DNA of 64,000 bases, taken from NCBI GenBank assembly GCA_031387725.1, contig JANNDM010000013.1, forward strand, positions 7,134 to 71,133, given 5' to 3'. Source of the stretch: Verrucomicrobiota bacterium (GTDB lineage Bacteria; Verrucomicrobiota; Verrucomicrobiia; Opitutales; Opitutaceae). The notes beneath the pieces were generated by a model. The model made no database searches and was not told where the DNA came from. It saw nothing but the letters and a program-made list of their open reading frames with translations. The translations under genes and the position numbers were made by a program. This document shows positions 61,809-64,000 of the stretch, in pieces (position 1 is the stretch's first letter; every line of letters starts with the position of its first letter).

Positions 61809-62360
61809 CTAGCGTGACGGGGCCGGTGAAAACGCCTTGAGGTAGCGCCTCATCCCAAGCTGGAAGGGCGAGAAGCCGTAGTCATCCGCCTCCGCGAGGG
61901 CGCGTTCCACCGTCCAGTGGTCATGCTGCCGGCGATAGCACGCGACAATCGTCCCGGTGCGGTCTGCGCCGTGCTCGCAGTGCACGAACACCGGTGGCGG
62001 CATCCAGCCGATGAGCGCCAGCACCTTCGCCACTTGCGCCTCGGTCGGCGCCCCCATGCCTTGTAACGGCACGGAGACATAGCCCATGCCCTGGGCGCGC
62101 GCCGCCGCTTCCTCGCCGGACCAGGTGTCGTTGCGCAGGCGCAGGTTGATGATCGTCCGCACGCCGAGCCGCCGGAGATGCGCGATGCCCGCCTCGTCCG
62201 GCTGTGCGCCGCGAAACAAAGCCTCATTCACCCGGCCAAAATTTTGAATACCCCCGGATGCTGGCACGCCGCGCGACCCGCTCCCGCAGCCGGCCAAAGC
62301 CAGCCCGAGGAGCAGGGCTCCCCACAGCGCGGCGAGACGGGCGTGAGGTGAAGCGGTCAT
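61809..62360 (-). CDS. Protein-tyrosine/dual-specificity phosphatase family lipoprotein
   Basis: Lipobox LALAGC; NFGRV..LFRGAQP; P-loop VHCEHGADRTG. Confidence 0.82.
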   Translation of the reverse strand: MTASPHARLAALWGALLLGLALAGCGSGSRGVPASGGIQNFGRVNEALFRGAQPDEAGIAHLRRLGVRTIINLRLRNDTWSGEEAAARAQGMGYVSVPLQGMGAPTEAQVAKVLALIGWMPPPVFVHCEHGADRTGTIVACYRRQHDHWTVERALAEADDYGFSPFQLGMRRYLKAFSPAPSR

Positions 62361-62399
62361 GGGGTGGGCGGGGTGGTTGCGAATCAAGGCGGGATCACA

Positions 62400-64000
62400 C
62401 TAAAGGGGAGTTTGCTCCGGCTGGCCCGCGATGGCCACGCTCCACTTCCACTTCCGGATTTCCGGCAGATCCTCGCCGTGCTTCGCGATGTGGCGCTTGT
62501 GTTCGCCCAGCTTGGCCTTGAGCAGCAGCTGCAAGCCCAAGCCGGCCTCGCCGGTTTGCGGCAGGCGATCGATGGTGTCCATCACGAGGTGAAAACGATC
62601 GAGATCGTTGAGGACCGTCATGTCGAACGGGGTCGTGACCGTGCCCTCTTCCTTGTAACCCCGCACGTGGATATTGTGGTGGTTGGTGCGGCGGTAAGTC
62701 AGCCGGTGGATCAGCCACGGATAACCGTGAAACGCAAAAATCACCGGCTTGTCCGTCGTGAAGAGTGCGTCGAAATCGCGGTCGCTCAACCCATGGGGGT
62801 GTTCGCGTTCCGGCTGCAGCTTCATGAGATCGACGACGTTGACCACGCGGATGCTCAAGGCGGGCAGGTGCTCGCGCAGGATCGAAAAGGCGGCGAGCGT
62901 CTCCAGGGTCGGCACATCGCCGCAGCACGCCATGACCACGTCGGGCGAAGCGCCCTCGTCGTTGCTGGCCCAGTGCCAGATGCCGATGCCTTTGGTGCAG
63001 TGGCTGGCGGCGGCGGCCATCGTCAGCCATTGCGGCGCCGGGTGTTTGCCGGCGATCACGACGTTGACGTAGTGCCGGCTGCGCAAGCAATGGTCCATGA
63101 CCGAGAGCAGGCAGTTCGCATCCGGCGGCAGATAGACGCGCACGACCGCCGCCTTCTTGTTCACGACGTGGTCGATGAAGCCGGGGTCCTGGTGGGTGAA
63201 GCCGTTGTGATCCTGGCGCCAGACGTGCGAGGCCAGCAGGTAGTTCAGCGACGCGATTTTGGGCCGCCACGACAGCTGGGACGAGACCTTCAACCACTTC
63301 GCGTGCTGGTTGAACATTGAATCGACGATGTGGATGAACGCCTCGTAGCAATTGAAGAGCCCGTGCCGGCCGGTGAGCAGGTAGCCTTCCAACCAGCCTT
63401 CGCACTGGTGCTCGCTGAGCATCTCCAGCACGCGGCCGGAGGGTGCGAGCCGTTCGTCCGTCGGCTCGGTCCCGGCGTTCCATTGGCGTTTCGTGACTTC
63501 AAAGAGTGCTTCGAGTCCGTTCGAGAGCGTCTCATCCGGGCCGAAGACCCGGAAATTTCTCTGCTCCTCGTTGAGCTTCGCCACATCGCGCAGGAAGGGC
63601 CCCAACACATGGGTGTCGCCGATGCCGGGGGTGCCGGGCGCGGGCACGTCGGCGGCGTAGTCGCGGAAATCCGGCATCCGCAGATCGCGCAGTAACAGGC
63701 CGCCATTGGCGTGGGGATTCGCCCCCATCCGGCGTTCGCCCTTCGGCGCGAGTTCGGCCAGCTCCGGTATCAGTCGGCCCGACGCAGCAAAGAGTTCCTC
63801 CGGCCGGTAGCTCCGCAGCCACTCTTCCAGCAGCCCGAGGTGCCCGGGATGGGCGGCCGGGTGCAGCGGCACCTGGTGCGAGCGGAAGGCGCCTTCCACC
63901 GGCCGGCCGTCGACCACCTTGGGTCCGGTCCAGCCTTTGGGTGACACGAGGATGATCATCGGCCAGTGCGGGCGTTGGGCGTGGCCGCGCCGGCGGGCGT
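62400..64000 (-). CDS. xfp: Xylulose-5-P/fructose-6-P phosphoketolase, 5' end outside window
   Basis: [66 protein letters not shown]. Confidence 0.93.
   Translation of the reverse strand, partial: ARRRGHAQRPHWPMIILVSPKGWTGPKVVDGRPVEGAFRSHQVPLHPAAHPGHLGLLEEWLRSYRPEELFAASGRLIPELAELAPKGERRMGANPHANGGLLLRDLRMPDFRDYAADVPAPGTPGIGDTHVLGPFLRDVAKLNEEQRNFRVFGPDETLSNGLEALFEVTKRQWNAGTEPTDERLAPSGRVLEMLSEHQCEGWLEGYLLTGRHGLFNCYEAFIHIVDSMFNQHAKWLKVSSQLSWRPKIASLNYLLASHVWRQDHNGFTHQDPGFIDHVVNKKAAVVRVYLPPDANCLLSVMDHCLRSRHYVNVVIAGKHPAPQWLTMAAAASHCTKGIGIWHWASNDEGASPDVVMACCGDVPTLETLAAFSILREHLPALSIRVVNVVDLMKLQPEREHPHGLSDRDFDALFTTDKPVIFAFHGYPWLIHRLTYRRTNHHNIHVRGYKEEGTVTTPFDMTVLNDLDRFHLVMDTIDRLPQTGEAGLGLQLLLKAKLGEHKRHIAKHGEDLPEIRKWKWSVAIAGQPEQTPL

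Overview
GC-rich bacterial DNA. Gene content and architecture (SusD-less TonB receptors, Y_Y_Y sensor kinase, PocR-AraC) suggest Verrucomicrobiota/Opitutaceae (inference). Two regions. (1) 1-46.6 kb is a uronic-acid polysaccharide utilisation supercluster: two PF05426 alginate-lyase-family domains (one fused to GH2), a PL17-like oligoalginate lyase with SDR reductase, PL10, CE8, a GH105-GH28 fusion, GH43, GH88, two sulfatases, four TonB-dependent receptors, two ExuT-like MFS transporters, kduI/kduD/kdgK/eda, an IclR regulator with candidate operators, a NarL-type two-component system, and a LarA (nickel-pincer racemase/epimerase) homolog inside the iclR-eda-kdgK operon. REP-like palindromes occur here, two in frame in enzyme N-termini, along with two gene-end scars. 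(2) 46.6-64 kb is a stress/dormancy-like island: cls, YqjD/E/K-like, DUF1328, DUF3185, two BON proteins, two DUF2934, PRC-barrel, DUF3309, OBAP/DUF1264, a diheme cytochrome c, an ice-binding-domain autotransporter, PocR-AraC, Zn-ADH, a PTP-family lipoprotein and phosphoketolase. The strongest unexplained signal is that six transcription units in this island share one promoter geometry, RCCCCAT + exactly 22 nt + a -10-like hexamer, suggesting an uncharacterised activator regulon. No rRNA, tRNA, CRISPR array, transposase or integrase was recognised. Family assignments come from motif recognition by eye, not database searches.
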